Assembly: GCA_964016885.1 (NCBI GenBank)
Contig: OZ024746.1
Coordinates: 24,862,001 to 24,926,000 of the forward strand
Direction: 5' to 3'
From: Eledone cirrhosa
Lineage: Eukaryota
DNA: 64,000 bases
This document shows, in pieces, positions 53,448-64,000 of this stretch (the stretch's first letter is position 1; every line of letters begins with the position of its first letter). The notes under the pieces are model-generated. The model was given only the letters and a program-made list of their open reading frames with translations. It had not been told where the DNA came from and made no database searches. The translations under genes were made by a program, and so were the position numbers.

Positions 53448-54145
53448 ATTGTTGTTTCTACTTTTGGCACAAGGCCAGCAATTAACCAGTGTATTATTGG
53501 TACTTTATTTTATCGAGCCTGTAAGGATGAAAGGCAAAGTTAACCTCGGCGGGATTTGAACTCAGAATAGCAAGGGCCGTAACTCTATGCGTCAAAGCAT
53601 GGCATCCGACCCTCTGGTGCTCTAACAGCCACTGACTTTGTTTCTTCATAACTTTCTTAGTGCATATTTGTTAATGAATTTTTGCAGTTATACGTTTTCG
53701 AATATATGGATTACGATTACGTTTATGAAAAAAAAAAAAACAACTTTCTTTTCCACAATTCATATTTGTAGAAATGACTTTAATCATGTTCCTTCTTTTA
53801 AAATCTATGACATTATCCTGATTGGTATGAGGGCATTGAATTGGTTCAATTGTTAGAGCGTAACTTAGACTCGTTGCCTTCTATGTTCAAATTTTCCTAG
53901 GCCAACTTTGCGTTTCATTCTTCGCGATAGATAAATACTGGTCTTGTGTCTAAATTAGAAATAATTGTTTCTACTTTAGGCACAATGCCAGCAATTACTC
54001 AGTGCATTACTGGTACTTTATTTTATCGACCCCGTAAGGATGAAAGGCAAAGTCAACCTCGGCGGGATTTGAACTCAGATCGTAAAGGGACGTAACTATG
54101 CTGGAAAGCATGGCGTCCGACCCTCTACTGATACTGCCAATCCAA
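53448..54145 (-). mobile_element. Two SINE family A copies (53448-53615 and 53960-54145) with a decayed opposite-strand copy between them
   Basis: Near-identical to the copies at 21453-22035. Confidence 0.85.
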
Positions 54146-55041
54146 TGGCCAAAATTAGAGATAATTATCCTAGATGAGAAGATAATAAAAAAGAGCAGTT
54201 GTTGGGTGAGGGATCCAATATAGATATTTTATATATTCTGACTTACATCATCATTCTAAAGATCATTTTATTGTGCTTGCATGAGTGAGCCGGTCTTTTC
54301 TAGCATCACATGTTGCAACACACCATGGTTCTTTTTAATTTCTTTTGTCCTTGTAAGGTTTAGTTCCTTGAGGTCAGTCAGACCATATCTTCCCGTGACT
54401 CCATCTTCAGTGGCTTTTATCCTTTTGGTTGCTCTGGTTAAATGGAAAAGCAGCATGAGCAGTGTGATGAGACAGCAATAAAAGTTGATGGAGAGAGAGA
54501 GAGAGATGGCAATAGATCTAGGTGATGGTGGGTAGGATAGGATTGAATATGGACAGATCTGATGCCATCACTCATTACAGAAAGCATGCTACTAAGAGGG
54601 TGATGAAGAAGATGGCTTTGACATGCTTGCATGAATGGGTAGGCCCTCTCCAGTACCACATGATGCCATTCACCACAGTTCTTTCTTGAGATCAGTTATT
54701 ACTACTTCATACCATATCTTCCTGTGAGTCTCTTCAATAGCTTCTATCCATCCACTTCATTGTCAAAATGTCATTGACAATAAACATTTCCCAATTACTC
54801 CCCCTTTGCTTTAATTGCGTAATCCATGTATTTCTTCTATTGATATTACACTGATCAAAGACGGTAGATTGGCAAAATCAGTAGAGCATCACAGACAAAA
54901 GTACCTGGTGGTATTTACAATCTGAGTTCAAATCTCACCACAGTCAGCTTTGTCTTTCATCTTTCCACTTTTGATAAAATAAAGTATGAATCAAATGGTT
55001 AGGATGTTGGATCATAATGTCAGGGGTTCGATTCTTTGAAT

Positions 55042-55074
<33 letters not shown>

Positions 55075-55870
55075 CATATTGTGTTCTTGAGCAAAACAAT
55101 TAATTTCATATGGCTCCAATATGTATAGCTGAAAGTGAGTACCTGCAGGTATACCGTTCAGGAGGTCTTGTATTCTTTAGTCACTAAACACCAATGAAAC
55201 TGTAATAAACTTCCAAGTTTGGAAGAAACTTTCATTTTTTTAACAAGTACTAAGGTCAATATATATTTGTATAATTTATTCTAGGTGTGAAAGAAGAGTC
55301 AACGAAATAAATGCCAGCCAAATAGTAAGTTAGCGGGATTGGTTTAAGATCCCACAAACAACCCCTTGCACAAATGTGTTAGCTTCATCATCATCGTCAT
55401 CATCTGTAAACGTTTTCCCTGTTAGCAAAGGTTGGAAAGGTCATTACAGACCAAGCCAGTACTTAATCAAAGCTACTGACCTCTCAGATAAGCTGTATTG
55501 GGGGGGGGGGGGGGGGGCACTACTTGCTTACATATGTTCCCATGCATTTTATAATGGTGTCAGCACTAAGGATATTGTCAAGTCTTCAACACTGCTAACG
55601 AGTTCTAACTGTTTGGCAGCTTTTCTATGGCTGGATGACTTTCCTCTAACCAATCACTTCACTTTACAGAGTGTATTGAGTGCATTTATCATGTAGATCA
55701 CCAATATTAGAAAGGTTGCCGTGCCCATTGTTTCTGTTAGAAATATCTATCTTGCAAGACACTGGACAACAATTCTGCACAAGGGTATGATGTGGGCAAT
55801 AGTGGCGTGGGAGTTTATGTCATGGAAAAGTTTCAGAAGCTTTGTACATGCTGTAAACCTGTTAGTAATC

Positions 55871-56027
55871 AAATAGAGACAATATTGGATAGAAAGGATT
55901 CTTCAGTCTTGCTGAGAATATGACATCCTCTCTTGTATTGGTGTCATAAAATAGAGACAATATTGGATAGAAAGGATTCTTCAGTCTTGCTGAGAATATG
56001 ACATCCTCTCTTGTATTGGTGTCATAA
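55871..56027. repeat. Perfect 78-bp tandem duplication
   Basis: AAATAGAGACAATATTGGATAG...TTGGTGTCATA occurs twice. Confidence 0.9.
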
Positions 56028-56479
56028 TAAAATGTATCCAGTACACTCTGTAAAGTGGTTGGCGTTCAGTGACAATACAAGGTAGAAAGAACTCTTTAGT
56101 TGTGTTGAGAAGTTGGTAACACCCCTAAGTCTGGCGCCATAATGCAATAAACTTAGTATACCCTATAAAGGAGTAGTGGTAATTTCGTAAAATGCACCAA
56201 ATATGCTTTGTAAAGTGAAAGCGTCGATGACACGATAAAATGTACCAAACACATTCTGTAAAGTGATTGTGTTGGTTCCACAATAAAATGCACCAAATAC
56301 AAATTTATTTTGGACATGAAACAAAAAAGAAAAAAATATGGTTAAGAACCATTAGTCTATGCCAACTCAACTGGTATAATATTAAAAGCTATATAAACGA
56401 AAGTAGAGAAAAGCAACGTAAATGTAAAATAAGTAACTTGTTTTTTCTGAAACTAATATAAACGCTTCATAATAGATTG

Positions 56480-56730
56480 TTATTATTCTTAAGCCAGAAG
56501 GCTCATTTGGCCGGTGCTTATCCCGGTTTCATGGCGTGAAGCGACTGAGAGTACATCGCAGGGTTAAACCTCCAGCTATCGCTGGTACTCATTTTCAGCT
56601 GAGTAAACTAGAGCAACATGAAATAAAGTGTCTTGCTCAAGGAAACAACACATCACCCGGTCCGAGAATTGAACTCATAACCTTTTGATTCCAAGCCTAA
56701 TGCTCTAACCACTAAGCCATGCGCCTTCAC
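56480..56730 (-). mobile_element. SINE family B variant with a different 3' tail
   Basis: The reverse strand begins GAAGGCGCATGGCTTAGTGGTTAGAGC, has the TTGAGCAAGACACTTTATTTCA core and ends in (AAT)n. Confidence 0.8.
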
Positions 56731-57336
56731 TGTTATTATTATGGGCTACTATTTTCATTTCTCAATACCATCATTGAACGGTTATATTACACATCATATC
56801 ATTTAAGTTAGAAGTATTAAAAAACAAAAAACAAACTAGGATAAATTTATGATTGGAGATGTATATGTATTCTACAACAGTTAAATGAATATATAAAATT
56901 GCAATGATGAAAAAAAGAACAAAAAAAAAATTAGTTTCAACAATTCCAGGAAAGGTATGTCACTTTTTTGCATTTCCCAGTAGAGTTGTACCCAATTTTT
57001 ATTACGCCGCTATTCTCCACTTTTACTAAAATATATATATTAGATAAATATTTATCGAATTTCTTATAATGTTCTAACTGTCTTAGTACTGAATAGTCGC
57101 GGTTCATAAATTTGGAGAATTATGCTCACATGGCAAAGTTCACCTTGGGTCAACTAGATAGTTTCAATATGTGATGTAGATACCCCCCCCCCCCCTTTTA
57201 CATTGAGACATTGTTTTTAATTTTATCCAATAGAAATTGAGAATGGCTGTTACCGCAGTATTGCTCCGTTACCACTATGGCAGCCAGGTCTGCTCTCGGC
57301 AGCACCACGCTATAGCTTTTTAATCGTACATTGGTA

Positions 57337-57647
57337 ATGGATAGACCTAAACCCGTTACAATGGACTCCCCTTCCTCTCCTGTCGATCCTGAAATTTTTC
57401 AGGCAATGCAAAATGTCGACGTGTGTTGTTTATCACGTATGAGCGAGTCAAAGTTAAGACCCGTCTTGCCGGCTCTTGTCCGCATGGCGCTATGTAAATC
57501 TGTCGACACGAGCGAAGCTTGGGCAACATCGCGTAAAACAGTTCTCAACATTCTTTCCAATTTTGATGTGGTCAATGGACTTGTGGCCCTTTTATCTATC
57601 GATTTTCATTCGCTTGAACTAGACGTGAAGAAAGAACAAAGTCTTCG
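57337..57647 (+). CDS. INTS2: Integrator complex subunit 2, coding exon 1 (start at ATG 57337 or 57361)
   Basis: FQAMQNVDVCCLS..LRPVLPALVRMALC...LVALLSIDFHSLELDVKKEQSLR matches the INTS2 N-terminus (FEAMQKVDVVCLA..LRLLLPCLVRMALC...LLSVDFHALEQD). Donor CG|GTGAGT. Confidence 0.95.
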
Positions 57648-58639
57648 GTGAGTTGATCTGACATAAAAACAAAAAAAAAAAGCAATGTGGTTATCTACAA
57701 AAATTGGAACTAGTTTCTATTGTTGTTTTGTGTTCCGATTGAAAGAGATGATCGCATTTCTCTATTTCACCTCTTCAGATTGAAAATACTCTTACACAGC
57801 CCTAAATTAACCATTAAGCAAAACGAGCGTGTGCGAAGGGCCTCGAAATAATCAAAAGCCTCATGTTTTTGTGACACTTAGTGTAATTGTTAACGAAAGT
57901 CCTCCAAGCTTTAATCCGGTATTGCCCTCACAAGATCATTCATCAATGTGGTACCCTCATATATATTTAGTGTTGTTTCGTTTTTTTTTTTATATGTAAA
58001 CAGATAAATACAAGATCGAACCTATCTTCACATTTCAATGTCAAGTTTTCATCTATTTACTTATTGATTAGGCGGATTGACAAGAGTCGTTAGAACATCG
58101 AATGAAATGCCTAGGTATTTGTTTCGGCTCTGCAACTCGAGAGTTTAAATCTCACCGAGGTTAATTGTGCCTTTCATCATTTCAGGGTTGATAATTAAAG
58201 TACCAGCCAAGGGGTAGTGAATTGACGGAATTGTTAATGTGCCTTGTGGTATCAGCTCTGGCTCTGTACGTTTTAAGTTCAAATCTCGCCTTCTGTCACT
58301 AGAAAAGAGGCGAACTTTCTGCCCGAAGTTGCCGCCAGCAGATAGTATCACTAATAGAAACGTAATTTCTTTGGTCCGATCTGTCGATCGGCTCCCTTCC
58401 CTCATATATATAGGATATCTCCGATCTCGAAATATTGATTTTGTTTATGACATATCAACTGATTTTCACAGTGACACGCACAAGTATAATATATATGATG
58501 TTCGCATATCAAACAGGTTTTGTGCTGTGAAAACAACTGAATTATAACATTCAGGGATTCGAGACGTTTTGGGGGAGGTGGACAGTTGACAACGACGTTT
58601 TTGTCATCGTTATTGACTCATTTTATTGAAGTGTCAGTT

Positions 58640-58905
58640 GATGCTCCTGGTGAGGGTGCTTGGCTATTGCATCATCTTAGACACTCTCTTACCTGACCTT
58701 GCCGAAGTATCAGGTGATATTTGCGAAGGTGATTCGCTATTTCAGCATCTTAGACTCGCTACCACCCAACCTTACTGAATTATCAGGTGGTCCTTGTGGT
58801 TGGCTATTCCAGTGCTTCAGCCACGCTATCACCTGGCCTTACTGACGTATCAAGTGATGTTCGTGAGGATGCTTAACTATTCCAGCGTCTTAGCCACGCT
58901 ATTAT
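58640..58905. repeat. Degenerate tandem repeat of ~70 bp (about 4 copies) in INTS2 intron 1
   Basis: The pattern GCTATT..AGCATCTTAG.C.CGCTA.CACC..CCTTACTGA..TATCAGGTG recurs. Confidence 0.65.
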
Positions 58906-59127
58906 TTGAAGTAATGCCGTTAGTGTCTTGGCTTACCTCAAACATGTTTAGAGGTCAACACCAACATTCCATGTTGTAGTGTATAATTCATTATCTTTCT
59001 TTTCTCGTTTCTTTTTCCCCTCTTCAATAAATTTCTATTCATTTGCTTCTTTTGTGAATCACATTCCACTACACATGCATATATATATATATAATAGTTG
59101 ACAGTGACTTCGAAATTTCTGGTACTG

Positions 59128-59235
<108 letters not shown>

Positions 59236-60119
59236 CATGGACTTCTTCGATAGTTTCTTACACTTTACACATATTTCTGTCCCATTTTTCCATTTTACGA
59301 GATTTTCAGCGAATTATGATTCTCTGTATCCGCGATAGGACAGGCCTAAAATATACTTCCTAGTTTGATGCCAGGCGTTAGACATAGCCGTCTACAGTTT
59401 GAAAATGATTCAATAAGTTATTTTATTTTTTAAATAAAAATATTTTATTTATATAACAAAATTTATATAAGGAATCTGATTTAGAAAAGAAAGTAAAACG
59501 GGAAGAAAAAATTAACAGAAGAAATACACACTCAATTACACATTGTAACAGGGAATGTTACTTTCAGTTCAACTTCATTCTTTTACTGGTTCAGTCTGCT
59601 GCCATGCTGGGGCACCGCCTTGAGATTTAGTCGATCATATTTAATATTTTTTACAGTCCCATACTTATGCTGTAGACCCTCCCAACTTTTTAAAACCCAC
59701 TAACGTAAATACACATAGATCATCACCATCATTATCATTTAACGCCCGTTGATTGTGTTTGTGTTTACATTACTGTTTGTTTATGTAAAGTAAGTTTGTG
59801 GTTAAAAAAAGGAGGGGGGGGGGGATCGACAAGTGGTAGTTTCCGTCTTTGATCAACCTGTGGCTATAGTAGAAGTTCACTTGTTTACGGTGCCACACAG
59901 TAAGGCTGAACCTGAAACTGTGTAGTTACGAAGCAAACTTCTTAACCACACAACCACACTATTTTATTTATTTTACATTGGTTTATTCATACTCTAACTT
60001 CGCTGCCTAAACTAATGTTTTGTTATTAAATTTTGTTTAATCAAGTAATTAATTTTCCTTGCAAATATTTTGAAGCTTATGATGACTTTTATTTTTATTG
60101 CAACCCTAATTTGTGTTAA

Positions 60120-60280
60120 AGGCAGCGAATTGGCAAAGTTTTTAGAACGTCAGATAGAATGCTTTGCTGTATTCATTCCCGCTCTTTGCACACCGAGTTC
60201 AAATCCCGCCTAGGTCAACTTTGTCTTTTATTCTTTTGAGGTTGATAAAAAAAAAGTACCAGCCTAGTGCTGGAATCGAT
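60120..60280 (+). mobile_element. SINE family A, degenerate; other copies at ~54860-54990 and ~58070-58210
   Basis: GGCAGCGAATTGGCA...GAGTTCAAATCCCGCCTAGGTCAACTTTGTCTTT...GTTGATAAAA...GTACC. Confidence 0.7.
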
Positions 60281-60997
60281 TCTTCTTTTGTATATTTTTT
60301 CTCACTTCCTCTTTCTTAACACCGTCTTTCCTTCTTGGGAAGAAATCGTCCGACAAACTTAGAGAATGGATGGACTCCGTTAGGTTTAAAGTACCCAAAA
60401 CATACTGTATTTCATGACGGCACCCATATGACTACATCAGGAGTTACAGCCAACGAAGTCGTTTGACCTGTTAGAAATAGCAGCAAAATCCATGCACTTA
60501 TTACATTCGGTAGAGTGGTAGTTCTATGGCTATTATTAAATGCATTCAGTACACTCTTTATAGTGCTAGTTTTTGTGCCACAATAAATGCATCTATTACA
60601 CTCTATAAAGTGGTAGTACTAGTACCATGATAAAATATATCAAGTACACTCTGTAAAGTGGTAGTGTTGATTCCATGATAAAATGCACTCAATACACTCT
60701 GTAAAGAAGTAGGCATTAGAAAAAGCATTCAACTATGGAAATCAAATAATTCCCAAAATAGAGCATATGAGTATGATGATGTTCTCTAACTTGTTTAATC
60801 ACAGACTGTGATGAGCCATTCAAAACATGCTAGCAGAGAAAACAGACATAAATTGAGGTCATAGGTTTGTTCACTGAAGGCTGACCTTGGGTTCAACAAC
60901 AACAACAATTCCGTGACTTTTTACTTGTTTAACTGTTGAATCCAGATGGAGAAATTTTCATATTTTTAAAAATGTTTTTCTTTTTGTTTTTGTTTAG

Positions 60998-61136
60998 AGA
61001 AAAAATTGGCTCCAATCAATCTGAAAGTGCTTTGATCTCTCAACTAGAACAAGGCCTGTCTCTGGAGTTTGAAAGAAGTGACTGTGCACATAGAATACGT
61101 TTGGTACTCAGTGAGATATTCTTTATTATTGGACAG
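60998..61136 (+). CDS. INTS2: Integrator complex subunit 2, exon 2
   Basis: TTTAG|A GAA...CAG|GTAAAC. Encodes EKIGSNQSESALISQLEQGLSLEFERSDCAHRIRLVLSEIFFIIGQ. Phase is consistent. Confidence 0.95.
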
Positions 61137-61490
61137 GTAAACATTTAACCCTTCTGTAACCATATCCCTCATGAAATACACTGTATTTCAGTTAATTAAC
61201 TCCTAACATTCTATAATGATTTAGCAGAAAGTATCTAAAAATAGGTTTGTTGATTCAAATGTTTATAGTATCTTCACTAGTTGACAGACCATTGTTTTTT
61301 TCTAATATTTAATTGTTTAACATATATATATATCCTGCTTTTTGGAATGAGTTCACCATGTCCCTGTGTGTGGCATAGGAGGCAACAGGAAGGATTGGCA
61401 TCAAGAAGGGTGTCCGGATGTAAAACTCTGTCTCAAAACATTCTGTCCGACCTATGATAGCATGGAAAAGCAAGCCTACAAACGATGATC

Positions 61491-61524
<34 letters not shown>

Positions 61525-62126
61525 TGGTTTGGTTCACAAACTTAATTTGTTCTTGAAGGCTGTTCATCACCTGAAATGTTCATAAAATAAATTTATTTTT
61601 CCCATACGAAATGTTGAGAGAGAAATAAAGTGAGAAAGAGACTGCATGGAAGACAGATAGGTATCACCATAGCAAATAACTACACAGCAAGTGATGCTTT
61701 CCCATAAATACTCCCAGCTTGTCGGCAACCGTTATTGCCGGCTTGCATGTTCGTTACTCAAAACACTATTCGTGAACTGAGACATTTTATATTGGGAAAA
61801 ATTGTTTGTGATAAGAGGTGTTCGTACACCAAGGTTCCACTGTATATATATATATATCGGAGAAATTTACTGTTTCAAGCTGGAGAGGCATGACCTCTGC
61901 CTACAACTTCCTACAACTCCATCAGGAGTTATGAGCCCATAGAATGTCTTATGATCAGGAAGTAATCTTGTTTTCCTTCTGTTTAGTATCTGATCATGTT
62001 ATTTCTTTCATATTTTCACTGTTGTTGTTTCTTGTTATTGCTCCCCCCCCCCCTCTACTACTCCTATACTAGTTGCTGATCGGTTCTATAATAATCATAT
62101 TATTTATTGTTAAATTTCAACTACAG

Positions 62127-62226
62127 ATCAAAGATACCAAAGAGTTCTATGTAAAAAGTTCTGAATTGTTTGAATGTGAAATCTACCTTGAAGATATATC
62201 TGATGTCCTCTGTATTGCACAAGCTG
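62127..62226 (+). CDS. INTS2: Integrator complex subunit 2, exon 3
   Basis: CTACAG|ATC...GCT G|GTAATT. Encodes IKDTKEFYVKSSELFECEIYLEDISDVLCIAQA. Confidence 0.95.
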
Positions 62227-62876
62227 GTAATTTCTTATTCTTTTTCATACAAAACTATCCTCTATAAAACCATTTATTTCAACAAATTGGTGTCACTGCT
62301 TTTTATTGAATGTATAGTGAGGAGAAAATGTAACAATAATTGAGGTTAAATTAACCCTTTCATGACCAAATTTATCATGAAATACAGAAATGGAAAATTT
62401 GGAGGGGCTTACTAAAATTATTGACCCTTTCATTACCATATTTTTATTGAAAGATATTACTTATAATTTTCAAATAAATCAAGAATTTGGAGGTTATTTA
62501 CTAATATAACTTTATCATTAAGCTGGTGTTTGGAACATAACAAAAGTTCTTACATAAAATTATATTGTTAGGTTTTAGATAAATATACACTTAAAACAAA
62601 TAGTTTCAGGCAGTTCCAGTATAATTTTTTTAAGAACCTTTTGTTGTGTACCATCCTAATAATCAATCATTTTTTATATCAATCTTTCTATGCTGGCATG
62701 GGTTGGACAGGACTTTTTGAGGCGATGTTTTATAGCTGGATGCCCCTCATAATACCAACCCCTGTAGTCATTTATTTGTAAATCCCTCCAAATTCTTCAT
62801 TAATTAATTGTGTATTTCATTAGAAATAAGGTAATGATAGGATTAATTCTATTTTATATATTTTTGTTTGTTCCAG

Positions 62877-62990
62877 AACTTCCATCTCTTCTACCAATCG
62901 TTTCTTTAGCTAATGCTTTGCTCAGTGTCAAAAATGGTTCATGGCTTCTTTGCAGACTTGTGGCAAATTCTCCTGATTGTTTCCATGAAG
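62877..62990 (+). CDS. INTS2: Integrator complex subunit 2, exon 4
   Basis: TTCCAG|AA CTT...GAA G|GTTTGT. Encodes ELPSLLPIVSLANALLSVKNGSWLLCRLVANSPDCFHE. Confidence 0.95.
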
Positions 62991-63271
62991 GTTTGTTACT
63001 TTTACTTTTCAGAATCATAGGTTGCATCATTTATATATCATCATCATCATTACATCTGTTTTTCTATCCTTCCTCACCACCTAACCCAGCCATCTGATTC
63101 TATTTCTCTTCACATTAATCACTGGTACTATTCCTTTCACTCAGTCACTTTCATCCTTCCTCAACATGACTTAACCATTTCACTCCATTTCTCTTCACAA
63201 CATTCATCACTGCTTCTATTTCCTACCTCTGCAATTCATTGTTTGTGTATAAATCCTCTGCAATTTTTTAG

Positions 63272-63402
63272 TATGTAAATATCTGGTGTCCCATGGTGAG
63301 AAAGTGGATGAAGACTCAATTGCTGGTCAAAGGCGGATGACAATGTTGCAGATGCTGTGTGCTATGAACCCATCAGAAACATTAACTGTGCGGTCACTTT
63401 GT
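63272..63402 (+). CDS. INTS2: Integrator complex subunit 2, exon 5; the gene continues beyond the window
   Basis: TTTTTAG|TA TGT...TGT|GTAAGT. Encodes VCKYLVSHGEKVDEDSIAGQRRMTMLQMLCAMNPSETLTVRSLC. Confidence 0.93.
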
Positions 63403-63407
63403 GTAAG

Positions 63408-63855
63408 TATGAGTATAGCTTGGTGTTTACTACAGTGTAGTATAAGTATAACTTCATGTTTAATTCAGTGTAGAGTGAATGTAGGTTATACATAATATAT
63501 AATCACTCTAGAGTGTAGTTTGATGTTTATTCACTGTAGTGTGAGTATAGCTTGGTGTTTACTTCCACTCTATTTCTTCAGCTAATATAATGTAACATCT
63601 TTGTAAGTGTGAGTGTAGCTTGGTGTATACTAGTGTAGTATAAATGTAGATTGGTGTGTAACTTGGTGTATGATATAGTGTCATATGAGTGTAGATTAGT
63701 GTTTACTTAGTGTAGCTTGGTATTTACTTCAATGTAAGAGTATAGCTTGGTGTTTACTTCCTCCACTCCAGATTTCTACAACTAATATAATGTAGTCTCT
63801 TTGTAAGTGTGAATATAGCTTGGTGTTTACTTCCCCCACTCCAGATTTCTACAGT
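63408..63855. repeat. Degenerate intronic minisatellite (GTGAGTATAGCTTGGTGTTTACT-like units)
   Basis: The motif recurs many times with variable spacing. Confidence 0.75.
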
Positions 63856-64000
63856 GTGTGAAACCAAACTGCCTTTCAGTTGTATACAACTAATAAGTTA
63901 TTTTACTAAATCTCTCCAAATTCTTAATTATTTTCAAAGTGATTTGAAAATCATGAGCAGTGGGTGACTTTCATGAGAAATGTGCTAATGAAAGGGATTT

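Noticed and set aside
63855-63895. Possible INTS2 exon 6 after TTTCTACAG
   Set aside because: The phase-0 reading hits an immediate stop (TGT GTG AAA CCA AAC TGC CTT TCA GTT GTA TAC AAC TAA, 12 codons), similarity to the expected INTS2 continuation is poor, and the acceptor is part of a minisatellite unit.

Overview
This is AT-rich, microsatellite- and transposon-rich eukaryotic animal DNA. The SINE/RTE repertoire looks like an octopus/cephalopod genome, which is an unverified inference. Bases 1-~21230 are a 45-bp satellite of about 470 units; the giant MTTNTYINSLTCLYN ORFs come from this repeat. Two spliced host genes lie head-to-head about 21 kb apart: MED31 (minus strand, three well-supported exons plus an uncertain first exon) and the first five exons of INTS2 (plus strand, runs off the window). 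Mobile DNA includes a Gypsy integrase relic, a CRE-like RT relic, a 2.7-kb non-autonomous LTR element with apparently identical LTRs, two RTE LINEs with a PHD finger inside the RT region, a Penelope-like relic with a hammerhead-like motif, mariner relics and two tRNA-derived SINE families. The most unusual structures are a 13.8-kb segment (38882-52709) bounded by inverted termini and an 8-bp duplication that carries exon-like cargo and fold-back modules, a 911-bp palindrome just upstream of MED31, and a MED31 first intron with no good GT donor. No prokaryote-type systems (CRISPR, operons) are present. Coordinates of degenerate elements are approximate, and all comparisons were made by eye.
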